Below are positions 36,501 through 44,931 of a stretch of DNA of 44,931 bases, piece by piece (the first letter of the stretch is position 1; each line of letters begins with the position of its first letter). The notes beneath the pieces were generated by a model that saw nothing but the letters and a program-made list of their open reading frames with translations, was not told the origin of the DNA and searched no databases. Both the position numbers and the translations under genes were made by a program. Source of the DNA: Escherichia phage vB_EcoP_D; the sequence record KY295893.1. The stretch is one strand, 5' to 3'.

Positions 36501-36850
36501 AATTCATCCTCAGAACGAACACCCTCAGTGATTGTCTGCATCATATCCGTACCATATTTGAAACGTAGTGCTTCACGTTGCTCTGGTTGGATTTCAAAGT
36601 CAGGTTGGGGTGTGAAATCAGCAGTGGCACGGTCATACCATCGCTTACCTCCGAATGCCAACCATTCATTCTGGAAGGCAGCACCTACAGCACCTAAGAT
36701 GTCCGCATCAGCTTTGGCTTCAAGAACTTGCTCTTGTAACTCATTACGCTGGCGTATCGTAGGAGCCGATACCGGAGCCGCCTCAATAGAAAACGGCTCA
36801 GGAGTAGACTGGACATATCCAGCCCAATTAGTCTTAATATCTTGTTCCAT
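33542..36850 (-). CDS. internal virion protein, large (T7 gp16 position)
   Basis: 1102-aa ORF, RBS GGAGGAA; last of three large genes after tail tube B. Confidence 0.7.
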   Translation of the reverse strand: MEQDIKTNWAGYVQSTPEPFSIEAAPVSAPTIRQRNELQEQVLEAKADADILGAVGAAFQNEWLAFGGKRWYDRATADFTPQPDFEIQPEQREALRFKYGTDMMQTITEGVRSEDELNFRIQNADEDLERNKRIAQAGWAGSVATIGAAVLDPVGWVASIPTGGAAKVGLVGRAVRGAIAAGVSNAAIESVLVQGDMTRDLDDIMVALGSGMAMGGVIGAVARGRATKLSEQGDDRAASIVRSADAGDRYVRAVADDSIGAMRVKGEEVLTEGAFDISSKGEDLLKTLQREGNAIDMTPRRWAGTMSALGTVVHSSQDASVRGLGARLFESPQGLGMQKASASLMQNTNLNRLKSADMNRFNDGFDLWLKENNINPVAGHTNSHYVQQYNEKVWEAVRIGMDEATPKSIRMAAEGQQAMYREALALRQRSGEAGFEKVKADDKYMPDIFDSMKARRQFGMHDKEDIIELFSRAYQNGARKIPKEVADEIARAQVNRVVDATLTGRMSFEKAMSGQTKAEYEAIMRKAGFSDEEIEKMVEALDNKETKDNISNRAKMSLGLDVTQEYNGIRMRDFMNTNVEELTDNYMKEAAGGAALARQGFSTYQAALNAIDLVERNARNAAKDTKAHAQFEAESAKIRQSEPDYKKAQEKIEELKKRLKLKEKDEAAGLAIDEEIRQMREGLRLIMGKSIDADPQALSTKMLRRGRDITGVLRLGQMGFAQLGELANFMGEFGIAATTIALGKQFRFTSKALRSGDGFFRDKNLAEVERMVGYIGEDNWLTTKGARPDEFGDVTTVKGMMAHFDQSMNSIRRAQTNLSLFRMAQGSLERMTNRQIALSFIDHLEGKKIIPQKKLEELGLTQEFMTNLQKHYDANSKGSGLLGFDTMPYAMGETLANAIRRKSGLIIQRNFIGDEGIWMNKALGKTFAQLKSFSLVSGEKQFGRGIRHDKIGLAKKTAYGFALGSIVYAAKAYVNSIGREDQDEYLEEKLSPKGLAFGAMGMMSTTAVFSLGGDFLGGLGVLPSELVQSRYEAGFQTKGLIDQIPLVGVGQDAYRLADSITKYAEGDTEGVDVARRALRLVPLTNVIGIQNALRYGLDELED

Positions 36851-36881
36851 AGTTCCTCCATAGTGCCTATCATAAAGACCT

Positions 36882-36897
36882 GTCTCACATGTGAGAC
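36882..36897. repeat. 16-bp perfect palindrome GTCTCACATGTGAGAC
   Basis: Intergenic between the two largest internal virion protein genes; flanked by CCT...AAGCC as at 14977. Confidence 0.7.
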
Positions 36898-36914
36898 AAG
36901 CCTTGAGTTAGGTA

Positions 36915-39863
36915 CTACAATTTAACTTTACCTACCTTAGAGTCTTTAGCTAACTTGGTAGGTGCAGCCTCATAAACCTGATACCAGCCATCGGCTCCAA
37001 TACGTTTATGCGTCCACGCAGAAACAGAGCCTGCTGGCATAGGTCCACCAAACTTAACCCACATAGAGCCATCTTCCCTCGTCTCCACTTCTGTGATCTT
37101 AGGTACACCACCAGCAGCTGCCATATTGTATGCCTCAGCGCGTCGCTTCAGTAGGCCCGGAATACGTTTACCTTCACTTGATGCAGTACCCAGCATTTCG
37201 ATAAAGCCTTCCGTAAGCTTACCAGCTTTGAATGCAGCAAGAGCACGCGGTGAGTTCTGGATTCCACCTTTACCTAAATTGTAGGTTAAATCCATCAAGC
37301 CACGTTGCTGTGCAGGATGCATCTGGTCAAACGGAATCTTCCAGTCACGAGTAGGAGGCACATGCTTCTTAGCATCTTGCTCCATAAGAGCGCGAGCCTT
37401 ACTCTCTGTAAGCTGAGACATAGACCCTCGATAGGGAACTAGTTCATCGCCAATCTTAATATACCCGTTTCGCTTCTCTTCTTCCGTTAAGAAATGACCG
37501 TAACCGATAGACTCACCGTGAGCGTCTTTATATGGAGTAAAGGTTCCAGTTGCCTTATTAAAGCCAACTTTATCTTTATTCTCATCCATAGCTAGCTTGT
37601 CATAGAATTGTTGCATATTACCTCGATAGTTAATCTCGAAGTTAGAAGGCAGATTCTCACCAGAAGCAAAAGCAGAAGACATGAGGAAGTTAGCTAGTCC
37701 AAATTTACCAATATCTTTGGCAGTTGGTTTAGCTGGCATAGGCTCTTGTGCACCAATATCTGTACGATACGGGTGAACATACTCGCCTTTATCTCGTTCC
37801 TCTACTTTCTTCTGATAGGCAGAATCTAGTAGTGAAGTGGTATCTAAAGAGGTTACAGGGATTACTCCAGAAAGAGGGCGACCTGCTGCACCAGCACGAA
37901 TCACAAAAGTTCCTTTCTGCTCATTGTAGTCAATGTACACATCATCCTTAGTTTCCCACTCTTGAAGCTCCTTTTTCAATTCTGGCATCTGTGTTTCTAC
38001 ATACCTACCAAGCGCCAGAGGGACATCGGTAGGGTTTACACCTTTCCCAACTGACATAAGCATATCAGATGCAGAAGTGTAATCACCTTTAATGAAATAG
38101 CCACCGGAAGTCTTTGCATCCTCTGATTGAGTGTAGCGTTTATTGCCCCAAGTAATTAAAGCCTTCTTGATAGAATCCATGTTACGCATACCGCTAGACC
38201 ACAACATATTGGCCTTAGCTCGTAACTCTTCTTCCGCAATAGCTTTACCTAAGTCTGACACTTCGGTTTTACCATCAAACCAGCCAGCACCAGATACCTC
38301 ATCCAGTGCATCTCCAATAGCTGAGTTGAACTTCTTGTTTTCCTTCTCAGTACGAGAGAATTTCTGCTGTGCTTCACGCGCAAACCTTGCAGCCTGCAAA
38401 GGTGTCTCTCCCATTTGTAGTGCAGTGTTGTAGTTATCCATGTAGCCATTCACCGTGTCACCAAAGACACCTCGGCTCTCTTCTGGCAACTGTTCCCACA
38501 ACTGACGAATAGTCATCAACTCCTGTGGTTCGCCCTTGGCAAAGTGCTCAGGCGATAGCATAGATTCCATGGCTTTGATACGAGACTCAAAGGTATCATC
38601 CACTAAGCCTTTGGAGTTCATGAATTGCAGGCGCTGCACTTCCACTGCACCACGAATAGCTTCAGCCTCTTGACTGTAAGGGTCCAAGCCACGTTGCTTG
38701 ATTTGCTGGTCTGCATAAAGTTGGCTATCCTGTTTGATAACATCAATGTAAGCCTTCTTCTCTTTATCAGTCTTACCTTGGAAGCCAGTCAGGCGGTCGG
38801 AGTAAAGCTCACGTCGCATATCCTGCATTGCACCTAGCTCTGCATTCTGCTTAGCCCGTTGGCGCATCAGTGCCTCTAGCTCTGGATTAGAGAAGACATA
38901 GTTACCTGTCAGATTATTAATGTGCTGTGCTCGTTCCAACAATTCTTCATCAGTTAAATCACCTGCAAGGTATGATTCTTTAACTTCGAAAGACATACGA
39001 GTTACATCAGCTACATTATTCCTAGCCCAAACTGCATTACCACTAGTGATGGCTGTGATAAGCTGTGGATTCTTAGCATAAACAGAAACACCCTTATCGT
39101 CCTTCACATACTTCAGGGCTTCAGCCATGCTAACATCACCGCCTTGTGCAAGTGAAATTGCTCGCTGGACTAACTTCTTGTGCATCTGTTCAGGTAGTAA
39201 TCCTTGAGTAAGACCTTCGCGGATTCGTTCCTGTAAAGCATAGCCAGAAGCTTCAGGGTCAATATTAGAATCCCAAGTAGAAGCCACTCGCCCGTCAAAG
39301 GTATCCTCACGGTCTGCTTGTTCACGGTCAAGTTTATGCTGGGTCCGTGTAGCCCAAATCTGAGGCTGCTGTTCTTGGAAGACATTAGTGACCATACGCA
39401 TAGTATCTTTGTCACCTTGCAACTCAGGGTATTGCTGGAACAGCTTATTCTGCATCTCATTACGAGAGTCAACCATAAGTTGTGTCCACTCGTCATCCGT
39501 CCCTTGGAAACGAGTAGCCATGTCTTTCATTCGTGCTGCTTCATCATTAGCTAGCAGTTGAGCTTTGACAAGCATGTTAGCACGAGCGCCACCACGAGTT
39601 GCATCCTCAGAAGGCATTAATCCGTTATATGCCCGTTCCATTTGAACAACCTTATCTTCCTCAATCTTCTGATTAAGGATACCAGTGGTAACATCAGCCA
39701 CGCTGCTTGCTGCACGAATAAGGTCTTCGATAAATCTACTACCGGAGGTAGAAGCCACGCCAGCCTCCACACCTCCCACTTGTTGAGGTGCAAAGGTCAT
39801 GACATTAGGAGAAGTGGCCTGCACTTGTGGCAGACCTTGTACTGCTTGTCGCTCAATTGCCAT
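36915..39863 (-). CDS. internal virion protein with C-terminal lysozyme-like (muramidase) domain
   Basis: 982 aa; residues near the C-terminus (YKDAHGESIGYGH...LTYNLGKGG...GLLKRRAEAYNM) resemble T4/P22-type lysozymes as I recall them; ATG overlaps upstream stop (TAATG). Confidence 0.7.
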   Translation of the reverse strand: MAIERQAVQGLPQVQATSPNVMTFAPQQVGGVEAGVASTSGSRFIEDLIRAASSVADVTTGILNQKIEEDKVVQMERAYNGLMPSEDATRGGARANMLVKAQLLANDEAARMKDMATRFQGTDDEWTQLMVDSRNEMQNKLFQQYPELQGDKDTMRMVTNVFQEQQPQIWATRTQHKLDREQADREDTFDGRVASTWDSNIDPEASGYALQERIREGLTQGLLPEQMHKKLVQRAISLAQGGDVSMAEALKYVKDDKGVSVYAKNPQLITAITSGNAVWARNNVADVTRMSFEVKESYLAGDLTDEELLERAQHINNLTGNYVFSNPELEALMRQRAKQNAELGAMQDMRRELYSDRLTGFQGKTDKEKKAYIDVIKQDSQLYADQQIKQRGLDPYSQEAEAIRGAVEVQRLQFMNSKGLVDDTFESRIKAMESMLSPEHFAKGEPQELMTIRQLWEQLPEESRGVFGDTVNGYMDNYNTALQMGETPLQAARFAREAQQKFSRTEKENKKFNSAIGDALDEVSGAGWFDGKTEVSDLGKAIAEEELRAKANMLWSSGMRNMDSIKKALITWGNKRYTQSEDAKTSGGYFIKGDYTSASDMLMSVGKGVNPTDVPLALGRYVETQMPELKKELQEWETKDDVYIDYNEQKGTFVIRAGAAGRPLSGVIPVTSLDTTSLLDSAYQKKVEERDKGEYVHPYRTDIGAQEPMPAKPTAKDIGKFGLANFLMSSAFASGENLPSNFEINYRGNMQQFYDKLAMDENKDKVGFNKATGTFTPYKDAHGESIGYGHFLTEEEKRNGYIKIGDELVPYRGSMSQLTESKARALMEQDAKKHVPPTRDWKIPFDQMHPAQQRGLMDLTYNLGKGGIQNSPRALAAFKAGKLTEGFIEMLGTASSEGKRIPGLLKRRAEAYNMAAAGGVPKITEVETREDGSMWVKFGGPMPAGSVSAWTHKRIGADGWYQVYEAAPTKLAKDSKVGKVKL

Positions 39864-40585
39864 TAAATACCTCTTGTTCCAGATGAATATGTGCGAGAAT
39901 CAGTTAAGGCTTTACCCAATGCCTTGCCAGACTTACTACCAGTTACATAGGCAGATGCCAGACTTGGAATACCTTTAACCAAGGTATTCATAGCAGAAGG
40001 CTTCTTAAACTCACGCATCTGCATCTGACCACCACGTTGGATAGACTTAAGCTGGTTGGTGAAATTAATCTTCTGATTCTCATAGTTATCAATGATAGTA
40101 CTCTGGTTTCTGCCGCCATCTGCTGCTAAGTCATTAAGCATAGAGGACACAGAATTACCACCAGTACCAGTAGCCCCAGCAAGTAATGCAACCTGTGCTC
40201 GCTGCTGTAGCAGTGAAGCCTGATTACTGATTGCATCTGCATGATATTGTTTAGCAGCAGAACGTTCTGCGTCTGCCACTGTCTTGTACGCCTCTTGTGT
40301 AGCAATAAGCTGCTGCCGCCATTGCTCTTCTTGTGCTTTCTTCATCGCCTTGGCTTCATCACTTCCACCAAAGAGATCACCAATCAAGCCTAACCCTTGA
40401 AGGCCAGCACCAAGAAGGCCAGCATTAGAGAAACCAGCAGTGGAGCCACTTAGGAATCCACCTAGTGAACCTAGCAAACCTCCGCCACCTGCGGCAGCAC
40501 CTCCAGCAGCGGCTGCTGCACCGCTGCCTGCAAACATACTACCAATAGAAGACATACCAGACATAACGGCTGAACCTATAGCCAT
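39863..40585 (-). CDS. internal virion protein, Gly/Ala-rich
   Basis: 240 aa from ATG 40585 (MAIGSAV, RBS AGGAGGG); long Gly/Ala-rich N-terminal region then coiled coil; overlaps tail tube B stop. Confidence 0.6.
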   Translation of the reverse strand: MAIGSAVMSGMSSIGSMFAGSGAAAAAGGAAAGGGGLLGSLGGFLSGSTAGFSNAGLLGAGLQGLGLIGDLFGGSDEAKAMKKAQEEQWRQQLIATQEAYKTVADAERSAAKQYHADAISNQASLLQQRAQVALLAGATGTGGNSVSSMLNDLAADGGRNQSTIIDNYENQKINFTNQLKSIQRGGQMQMREFKKPSAMNTLVKGIPSLASAYVTGSKSGKALGKALTDSRTYSSGTRGI

Positions 40586-42987
40586 TAGACCCTCCTTTTG
40601 GTTGGATTGTAGCTCCCTTCCCACTCAATATCGCGGAGCTGGAATGTGTGAGGTGATTCTACAATAATACGATAAACAGCATCCGTACTCTTAGCTCTCA
40701 GTGGGAATCTGAAGACACCTTCTCTTGGTTCAACATAACCTACTGTATTGTTGAGAGCACCACCTATACGGTTTGACGCTAGCACCCTGCGTACTTTACC
40801 ACTCTTCACATTCTTAACCTCCACGGAGAAATCAGGATACATATCAAGATTAAGGTGAACCAACCCCACAACAGGTACATCAATATAGGATACACGGTCT
40901 TGCCTATCTCTGATAACTACAGGTGTTGGTTCAAACTCTTGAGGGTAAATCTGACCAACAATAACCTTCGCTTTTACGTGGCTATCATCATGCATATCAA
41001 AGGTTGTAGACAAGGTGTTATCACCGGGATTATATTTGAATAGGAAAGAACCACCAATATATGAATCCCACCCGTCTATTAAGATGCAATCCAAAAGCTC
41101 TGGGTTAGTAGGAGTCCAAGGAAGCGGTTCAGACACCCATTCATCTTCTGCTTTAAAATGCTTGAAGACTAACTCTGCTTGCCTATCCATCCTAATGCGG
41201 TCATTCAAACCATAGGTTAATGCATCACCCATGTCCATCTTCTCCAGATATACGCCATCCCCTCGCTCAAGGAGTAGGTAAAGTAATTCACCAGAATAAA
41301 ATAGACCTCGCACCTTTGTACCTACAGGCCACTTCCATACATGCCATGCTGATTGTACACGGTCTGTTCCTTGCCATAACCAATCATAGCAGTAGATTAT
41401 GTTACGGTACTTATCGGTAGTGACAAGTAACCTGTTGACATTGGTGCTTGCTGCCATGTTGGTAATGTTACCTTCGATGAGTTTATTCACATGACTTGTG
41501 ATTGCTTGTGCCTTCTTAGTGTCACTATAAGAGTCTGTATAGAACTCTCGTACACCAGAGTAATAACCATCATTAGTGGCAAACATTACCGATTCACCAG
41601 TTACTACTGGCTTCACTTTATTGTTCACTTCAAATGTTGTAACAGGCTTAAGCAATGCATTTGACTTCTCTAAAGGCTTATCGCCTGGCAGTATGAATTG
41701 TGACTTATCAGAGAACAATACGGTAGCTCCATCTAAGGTCACTGCATGTTTTAGCTGGTAAACTTCACTCGCATCTGAGAAAATATCAAATGGGTCAGTT
41801 GCCAATGCAGAGATAACCGTATAACGAAAGAAATCGAAGAAATATGATGTACGAGAAGCAATAACCGCTTCACCTGCTGTAAAGCATAGGCGGTTCTGCA
41901 CCATGAACATTCCACCTATTGTCTGGGGTACTTCCTCATCAATAAAAGAGGGCATAGGGTTAGTCAAGTCATCCCCTACTTTACGGTCTTCCCAATCACC
42001 TTGTCTTATCTTGAATTGAGCTATGCCGTCAATGATACCTGTACGTTCAATAATGTAAGGCATTGTGCCTTTATCAAACCCAAGTAATACATCAGCAGCT
42101 ATTGTTTCTTTCCAAGACACAAGGTTTCCCTCTTTAGGCTCAGCTTGCAGCCAGTAACGAGACTCAGGTTTGCTGCCAGTAGGCCACACTTGTACTTTAT
42201 AACCAGCAGGCGCACGAGAAGGGAGTAGGTCAGTAGAGCTAACTTTATTCTTGATAGCCACTAAGTCCTTACCTTTTGCACCATCGGTAGTTGTTACTGT
42301 GAAACTTTTACCATCGCGTCTCTCTATAAATATGCTCGTACCATCTCTTTGTATTTCATAGTCATTCACACCACTCCATTGCTGCAACTTGGAGTACAAT
42401 TCAGAAGTGATACGTTCCGTTCGTATTTGTTCAACATGTTCTGCACTTCCCCCATCTGGTGTTTTAAAACTAGCAGCTGTAGTTCCATTAATTATGATAG
42501 AATAAGATGTACCGTATTGACCATATGCACAAAACACAATGGCTTTATCTCCAACTTTAGGTGACTTCCTATTACTAACTTTAACCACTTTCCTACGGTT
42601 AAGCATAAAAGTAACATCAGCTATAGTCATGAATTGCACATCTTCCCTAGGGTTAACAACTTCAGAAAGGTAGGTCATAGGTGCATCTTGAGAGGTGACA
42701 TTGCACTTGCGTCCATGCTTATCAAATATCTCTGGCACTTGCCCCTTCTTTAAGGTGAAGAAATACTCTTCATCCCCCTCACCCCTGCGATAATGGTGCG
42801 TTGCCATATTATCTGTACCTTCATCCAAGAGCTTAGCAATGTGAGTTGTACCCATGCGGGATTGAGTCCCATTCACTACATCAGGGACCATGTTCACCAT
42901 AGTCGTACATTGGCCATCAAGACGTACCGCTGGTGGTTGCTGGCTAATCCCTTGGATTTGCCTCCCTAATGAACCTTGTACTTCCAT
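40585..42987 (-). CDS. tail tubular protein B (T7 gp12-like)
   Basis: ~800 aa from ATG 42987 (MEVQGSLGRQIQGISQQP, RBS GGGAGGA); N-terminus resembles T7 gp12 (…GGISQQP…). Confidence 0.85.
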   Translation of the reverse strand: MEVQGSLGRQIQGISQQPPAVRLDGQCTTMVNMVPDVVNGTQSRMGTTHIAKLLDEGTDNMATHHYRRGEGDEEYFFTLKKGQVPEIFDKHGRKCNVTSQDAPMTYLSEVVNPREDVQFMTIADVTFMLNRRKVVKVSNRKSPKVGDKAIVFCAYGQYGTSYSIIINGTTAASFKTPDGGSAEHVEQIRTERITSELYSKLQQWSGVNDYEIQRDGTSIFIERRDGKSFTVTTTDGAKGKDLVAIKNKVSSTDLLPSRAPAGYKVQVWPTGSKPESRYWLQAEPKEGNLVSWKETIAADVLLGFDKGTMPYIIERTGIIDGIAQFKIRQGDWEDRKVGDDLTNPMPSFIDEEVPQTIGGMFMVQNRLCFTAGEAVIASRTSYFFDFFRYTVISALATDPFDIFSDASEVYQLKHAVTLDGATVLFSDKSQFILPGDKPLEKSNALLKPVTTFEVNNKVKPVVTGESVMFATNDGYYSGVREFYTDSYSDTKKAQAITSHVNKLIEGNITNMAASTNVNRLLVTTDKYRNIIYCYDWLWQGTDRVQSAWHVWKWPVGTKVRGLFYSGELLYLLLERGDGVYLEKMDMGDALTYGLNDRIRMDRQAELVFKHFKAEDEWVSEPLPWTPTNPELLDCILIDGWDSYIGGSFLFKYNPGDNTLSTTFDMHDDSHVKAKVIVGQIYPQEFEPTPVVIRDRQDRVSYIDVPVVGLVHLNLDMYPDFSVEVKNVKSGKVRRVLASNRIGGALNNTVGYVEPREGVFRFPLRAKSTDAVYRIIVESPHTFQLRDIEWEGSYNPTKRRV

Positions 42988-43724
42988 TAACGATCCTCCC
43001 ACGGACGAAGTGCCCAACTGTCATATGGTGAATGAGAGTAAGCAGGTACATTCTGAGAACCACCTGCCATAATACCGAACTGACGCTGCGTAGGATTATG
43101 CACAAGCATATTCAATCGCTTTTGTGACATTTGTTCTGATTGCACATCCATTAGAAGCTGAGTGGCAATCTGCTGTGCAGTGGCTAGCTTAGTCTGATCT
43201 GCATCCTTAGACACAATAAACTCTACAGCAGCTTGATAGGCAATAGCCTGCATTACACTAGTAGGTAGATGCTCATATGGAAGTAAGGTAAGTAAGGTAA
43301 GACGAATCATACCATTAGCATTCACATGCTTACGCATATCAAAGGTATGACTCCATGTAGAGTAGAGCTTACCTGCTCGCATAGTCATGGGTACTTTCTT
43401 CTCACCCAAAGCATAACACTGCAATACTGCTAGGCAGTTGTTAGGTAGATTGACTTCACCATTGGTATCAGGTGCAATCTGCCAGTTTGGTTCACGATTG
43501 AACCACCAGCCACCTCCTTTGTTGTACTGGAATCGCTGGGATACGATGTCGATCATCTTGCTTGCATCTTCTGCGTCCAAGTCACCTGAGTCGAGAGAAT
43601 CCACACCCTCACGACCAATAGCTCGCATACACAAGTTTACCGCTTCCAGCTTACTATCAATAATCTGGAAGGCCACATCTTCCATCATATGACCTACTTT
43701 ACTGGTTTGTCTAATTACAGGCAT
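42987..43724 (-). CDS. tail tubular protein A (T7 gp11-like)
   Basis: 245 aa from ATG 43724 (MPVIRQ, RBS AGGAGGG). The track's N-terminal extension (to 43781) is a translation of the terminator hairpin and U-tract and is not believed. Confidence 0.8.
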   Translation of the reverse strand: MPVIRQTSKVGHMMEDVAFQIIDSKLEAVNLCMRAIGREGVDSLDSGDLDAEDASKMIDIVSQRFQYNKGGGWWFNREPNWQIAPDTNGEVNLPNNCLAVLQCYALGEKKVPMTMRAGKLYSTWSHTFDMRKHVNANGMIRLTLLTLLPYEHLPTSVMQAIAYQAAVEFIVSKDADQTKLATAQQIATQLLMDVQSEQMSQKRLNMLVHNPTQRQFGIMAGGSQNVPAYSHSPYDSWALRPWEDR

Positions 43725-43737
43725 GAACCCTCCTAAC

Positions 43738-43778
43738 AAAAAAAAAAAAAGAACCCTACCTACGCAAGGTAGATAGGG
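43738..43778 (-). terminator. transcription terminator after the capsid gene (T7 T-phi position)
   Basis: On the transcript: 10-bp stem CCCUAUCUAC/GUAGGUAGGG (one G.U), 5-nt loop CUUGC, then UUC plus 13 U; located 9 nt after the capsid stop. Confidence 0.7.
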
Positions 43779-43786
43779 CATAGGTA

Positions 43787-44872
43787 TTACTCAGTAGGTT
43801 TCATTGCAGTCGGCTTAATGTCATTAGCCATCACTGCACGAACAGCAGCAACCAAATCTTCAGCAGACAAGCTAGCAGCGGCAGCAGCACCTGCCGGGGC
43901 AGCATTCTTGACGTATACAGCTTTACGCTGTGCACGGTTCAGAACCTGAGTGTGCTGTGCTCCACCAGTACCCTCAGCCTCCCCAGTAGATGTGCTACGC
44001 TTAGTTGTCACAACAGACACTGCTTCCCATCGATCAGGGATTGCACCTTCAGACATGAAAGTATCAATGTAGTAGGTCTTCTCTTTCTTCTCATAGAAGA
44101 TATCACCGGTTACATCAATAGAACGACCCACAAGCAGAGCGTCAGATGTGAACAGTACAGCGATAGCACCATTCATCTCTGCGGTCGGGTCATAACGATA
44201 ACCGTTGTCTTCATTGGACAGCAGGTGATGTTTCTGACCCTGAGAGAATTTAGGGAAGCGGTTAGACGGGATAACAGGACAGTTGTAAGAAGACAGAACA
44301 AAACCATGAATGGTTGCACCGGACTGGCTGATGGTGTAGCTCTTGTCAACGATACGGTCTGCATCACGCAGTACGTTGAAGTAGCGCCACGGCATCAGGA
44401 TAGCTACATCAGAGATGTCTACTTCCTGCTCAAGCTGCTGCTCCAGAGCAAACTCTACAGCCGCCATTACATACTGCGGGTTAACCAGTGCTTCGCTTTC
44501 ATTGACCTCCACGTTGACAGAGAAGCCATGACCTTTCACACGAGGGTTAGTACGCTTAGCCTGAGTGTTAGCAATACCACCCAGCAGCATCTGCTGAATC
44601 AGCATTTCATCTTCCATCTTCTTAAGCTGCTTAGCTTGGTTGGTAGCCAGCTTAGGTTTCAGGCTGTCAATATCACCCTGTACATCATGCAGGTGTGCAA
44701 CGGTGTTACGAGCAATAACAGTGGCATCAATTACCAGCTGGTTTTTATCGGCCTGAGTAGAGGTTGCAGCCGGAGACTGACCCGGTGCCAGAACCTGCAA
44801 CTCTGTTTCACCCAAGTATTTGTTGCTTACCGTGTTAGTACCAGTAACAGTCTGAACATCGAAGTAGGACAT
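43787..44872 (-). CDS. major capsid protein
   Basis: 361-aa ORF from ATG 44872 (MSYFDV, RBS AGGTGAG); contains a GQKH...F..N segment resembling the T7 gp10 region TTGQKHVFPAN; followed by the terminator, as T7 gene 10 is. Confidence 0.75.
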   Translation of the reverse strand: MSYFDVQTVTGTNTVSNKYLGETELQVLAPGQSPAATSTQADKNQLVIDATVIARNTVAHLHDVQGDIDSLKPKLATNQAKQLKKMEDEMLIQQMLLGGIANTQAKRTNPRVKGHGFSVNVEVNESEALVNPQYVMAAVEFALEQQLEQEVDISDVAILMPWRYFNVLRDADRIVDKSYTISQSGATIHGFVLSSYNCPVIPSNRFPKFSQGQKHHLLSNEDNGYRYDPTAEMNGAIAVLFTSDALLVGRSIDVTGDIFYEKKEKTYYIDTFMSEGAIPDRWEAVSVVTTKRSTSTGEAEGTGGAQHTQVLNRAQRKAVYVKNAAPAGAAAAASLSAEDLVAAVRAVMANDIKPTAMKPTE

Positions 44873-44931
44873 GATGTTCTCACCTTTCAGGTACTGCTCA
44901 TTTACCTTACCATTGAATTTCTCAATGAGCA

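Noticed and set aside
41511-41535. Plus-strand promoter-like sequence GTGTCACTATAAGAG inside the tail tube B gene
   Set aside because: Wrong orientation relative to every gene, upstream part does not match the promoter consensus, and it lies inside coding sequence; probably chance.
42987-43781. Track's longer N-terminus for tail tube A (MPYLPCVGRVLFFFLLGGF...)
   Set aside because: The extension is a translation of the terminator hairpin and the 13-T run; the real start is the ATG at 43724 with a strong RBS.
1-44931. tRNA genes, rRNA genes, CRISPR arrays, integrase or attachment sites
   Set aside because: Nothing resembling them was seen by eye; the genome is densely coding on one strand with lytic-phage content. 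I could not run a tRNA or CRISPR scanner, so small RNAs cannot be excluded.

Overview
The window looks like an essentially complete, circularly permuted genome of an SP6-like T7-supergroup podophage, given as the reverse complement: every credible gene is on the minus strand. Reading the minus strand from about 24,430 downward gives the usual order: terminal and short-repeat region, host-type early promoter, small early genes including an Ocr homolog, single-subunit RNA polymerase (17616..20243), primase/helicase, DNA polymerase, nucleases and ligase, portal, scaffold (cut by the window start), then capsid at the window end, tail tube A/B, three internal virion proteins, tail-fibre adaptor, holin, terminase, a lysis cassette and a tailspike. 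The tailspike is an 811-aa endosialidase preceded by a 111-aa ORF, an arrangement I recall from coliphage K1E; this is from memory, not a search. The most notable feature is a terminase large-subunit gene split by a ~746-nt group I intron carrying a GIY-YIG homing endonuclease. Other items are a free-standing HNH endonuclease, a 16-bp palindrome present eight times, a rearranged repeat structure in the early region, and T7-like short-repeat arrays around the presumed genome ends. About twelve phage-type promoters fall into two sequence subclasses. No tRNA, rRNA or CRISPR array was seen by eye. Coordinates of starts are inferred from Met positions and RBS context and may be off by a few nt; the ORF track appears to call some starts at GTG/TTG.
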